A stretch of 64,000 bases of DNA, taken from Mobula hypostoma (taxonomy: Eukaryota). The stretch lies in assembly GCF_963921235.1 (NCBI RefSeq), contig NC_086097.1:139998001-140062000 (forward strand), written 5' to 3'. Both the position numbers and the translations under genes were made by a program. This document shows, piece after piece, positions 61,365 through 64,000 of this stretch. Within the stretch, counting starts at the first letter, position 1. Each line of letters begins with the position of its first letter. The notes beneath the pieces were generated by a model, which saw nothing but the letters and a program-made list of their open reading frames with translations, made no database searches and had not been told where the DNA came from.

Positions 61365-61563
61365 TAGCCAGCCGAAGGTGCTTTAACATCAGCACCAGAT
61401 TTTGAGGCGAGTGGTTCTGGGTTCGAATTGGGCCAGCTCCTTGTATGCTTTACATCTGTGCTGGGTTGAATATTGAGCTAGCAACTCGGCCTCGTAAAAA
61501 ACAGATAAAAACACTAACAAAACGGCAAGGTTGCTGCCCGATGCATCACAAAGTGCAAAGAGG
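61365..61563 (+). mobile_element. tRNA-derived SINE
   Basis: B box GGGTTCGAATT, followed by a body ending GAGCTAGCAACTCGGCCTCGTAAAAA... Confidence 0.55.
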
Positions 61564-61599
61564 TATAACAAAATGACAAAAGTCATCTAATTGGAGAGA

Positions 61600-62240
61600 T
61601 TCTGCAAATGAGTGTTCAGAGGGGTCTAAGTGTTCTTGTGCATGAGTCACAAAAAATATCAGGCAGGCCCAAAAAGTAATGAAGAAGGCAACCCATTTGG
61701 GCCTTTCTTCCAAAGGAGTTTAAAAGTAGGGAGATTCTGTTGTAATTATCAGGGTGTTCGTGAGCTGGAATACTGTGTACGATTTTGGTCCACTTACCTA
61801 AAAATCATGTAATAACACTGGAGGTGGTCCAAGGAGAATTGCCAAGCTGATTCCTGGGATGAGATGATTGTCCTATCAGGAAATGCTAAAGACTTTGCTT
61901 ATTTATTCCTTAGGGCTTATAAGAATGAGGGTGATTTTATTCAAACATATTAAATGCTAAAGGGAGGGGATTCACAGTCAAGGGAACACAGCTACAAGAG
62001 GATGGTCATTTAAAACTGAGATATGGGGAAAATTCTGATGGCAGTGGCTCTCTGGGGTTCTCTGTCCCACTGAGTGGAGAGATCTGGATCATTTGAACTG
62101 GAGGTGGATAAATATTGGACAGATCAAAGAATACAGGGGAAGTGGCACAGGATTTGAAGCCAGTGTAGGTTAGTCATGGTAATATTAAATGGTGAGTCAG
62201 GCTTGAAGGGCCAGTTGGCCTACTCCTGCTCCTATTTTCT
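61600..62240 (+). mobile_element. Old CR1 3' fragment
   Basis: LEYCVRFWS.YL remnant; tail GGCCTACTCCTGCTCCTATTTTCTT. Confidence 0.7.
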
Positions 62241-62300
62241 TGAGGCTTAGGCTGAAAGATAAAATGTCTCCTGAAGAATGTGATGATCAGGATCAGTGGC

Positions 62301-62345
62301 AGGGTTTAGAGCGGGTGAAGCAGGGTTTAGAGCGGGTGAAGCAGG
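62301..62345. repeat. 21-bp tandem duplication
   Basis: AGGGTTTAGAGCGGGTGAAGC twice, perfect. Confidence 0.9.
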
Positions 62346-62672
62346 CTGTGTGCTGTGACAGGAGGAGCTGTGTGTTAGCAGTAAACGTATGGAAGCTGCT
62401 GCAGTGCGTGGCTGAGAAACCGGCAGTCCTTGGAGACTGTGAACGGTGTGTGAGGCTATTCTAGATCCGTGCCACATAACCAATGAAGGCCTTGTAACTG
62501 TGAGCATTCCAGAGGCAGTTGCACCAAGTCCCCTGTGAATTCGAACACAGTGAACACAAGACAAATTCCCAAAGCGCTCCACACAGCCTTATCCCAGTAC
62601 AAAGTGTGAGCTCCCACTGTGCAAACTTTGCTCACGAATGACCAGATCAGGCTGGCCCTGTCGGCAACTCAC

Positions 62673-62803
62673 CCAGACAGCTCATCTCTGGCTTCCAGTG
62701 CACATGCACACCTTCCCTCTGACAGGCCCGTGTGTAGGCAATTAGAGACTCGCAGTAACAATTCTTGTGCATGGGGCACTCACACATGTCAGTGACACAG
62801 GAT
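62673..62803 (-). CDS. BMPER: BMPER penultimate coding exon, C8 domain ([43 protein letters not shown]), 131 nt
   Basis: tttcccacag acceptor and G|gtgagt donor, phase 2 to 1; matches [33 protein letters not shown]. Confidence 0.95.
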
Positions 62804-62838
62804 CTGTGGGAAAGATCACAGGAGAAGTAAGAGCAAAA

Positions 62839-64000
62839 TGTCCACATCCACACCCACCATCCCTGTCCACATCCAACTCCGCTGTTCCCATCTCACATCC
62901 ACCTTTCCCTGTCCACATCCAATTCATCTCACATCCACCATCCCTGTCCACATCCAACTCATCTCACATCCATCATTCCCTGTCCACATCCAACTCCGCC
63001 TTTCCAAATCTCACATCCGTCATTCCCTGTCCACATCCAACTCATCTCACATCCATCATTCCCTGTCCACATCCAACTCATCTCACATCCATCATTCCCT
63101 GTCCACATCCAACTCTGCGTTTCCATCTCACATCCATCATTCCCTGTCCACATCCAACTCCACGTTTCTATCTCACATCCATCATTCCCTGTCCACATCC
63201 AACTCATCTCACATCCATCATTGCCTGTCCACATCCAACTCCGCGTTTCCATCTCACATCCATCATTCCCTGTCCACATCCAACTCCACCATCCCCATCT
63301 CACATCCATCATTCCCTGTCCTCATCCAACTCCACCGTCCCCATCTCACATCCACCATCCCTGTCCACATCCAACTCCACCGTCCCCATCTCACATCAAC
63401 CATCCTTGTCCACATCCAACTCCACCGTCCCCATCTCACATCCACCATCCCTGTCCACATCCAACTCCACCGTCCCCATCTCACATCCACCATCCCTGTC
63501 CACATCCAACTCCACCGTCCCCATCTCACATCCACCATCCTTGTCCACATCCAACTCCACCGTCCCCATCTCACATCCACCATCCCTGTCCACATCCAAC
63601 TCATCTCACATCCATCATTCCCTGTCCACATCCAACTCATCTCACATCCATCATTCCCTGTCCACATCCAACTCATCTCACATCCACCATCCCTGTCCAC
63701 ATCCAACTCCACCGTCCCCATCTCACATCCACCATCCCTGTCCACATCCAACTCCACCGTCCCCATCTCACATCCACCATCCCTGTCCACATCCAACTCC
63801 ACCGTCCCCATCTCACATCCACCATCCCTGTCCACATCCAACTCATCTCACATCCATCATTCCCTGTCCACATCCAACTCATCTCACATCCATCATTCCC
63901 TGTCCACATCCAACTCCGCGTTTCCATCTCACATCCATCATTACCTGTCCACATCCAACTCCACGTTTCTATCTCACATCCACCATCCCTGTCCACATCA
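62839..64000. repeat. Minisatellite array of interspersed 35/36-bp and 45/46-bp units, continuing past the window end
   Basis: Core CATCTCACATCCA(C/T)CAT(T)CCCTGTCCACATCCAACT, with or without a 10-bp insert CCACCGTCCC or CCGCGTTTC variants. Confidence 0.95.

Noticed and set aside
62742..63996. Repetitive ORFs ([10 protein letters not shown]..., WSWMWTG...) and a CRISPR-like look
   Set aside because: They are translations of a tandem minisatellite. There are no unique spacers or cas genes, and the context is a eukaryotic intron.

Overview
Vertebrate genomic DNA, most likely a cartilaginous fish (shark or ray). That is an inference from the CR1/HER1-type LINE tails, Penelope-like elements and the divergence of the two genes. 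Two host genes lie tail-to-tail. Seven 3' coding exons of a DPY19L1-type C-mannosyltransferase are on the + strand (40517-55406), and the last two coding exons of BMPER (crossveinless-2) are on the - strand (62803-56460). Their stop codons are only about 1.05 kb apart. The first 40 kb appear to be one large DPY19L1 intron filled with nested mobile elements: many CR1-clade LINEs (one with an intact 999-codon APE-RT ORF2), Penelope-like (Neptune-type) elements carrying minimal hammerhead ribozymes, Rex1/Babar LINEs, a full-length IR/DR Tc1 (DD34E), and Hero, RTE and Tigger fragments. An internally deleted Chapaev3-like element, SINEs and a minisatellite array at the window end are also present. 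The most notable signal is a candidate programmed -1 ribosomal frameshift (U_UUA_AAC followed by a G-rich tract) at the CR1 ORF1/ORF2 junction. It is conserved in three different CR1 copies, and the intact ORF2 has no AUG upstream of its endonuclease domain. Family assignments come from motif recognition only; no database search was run.
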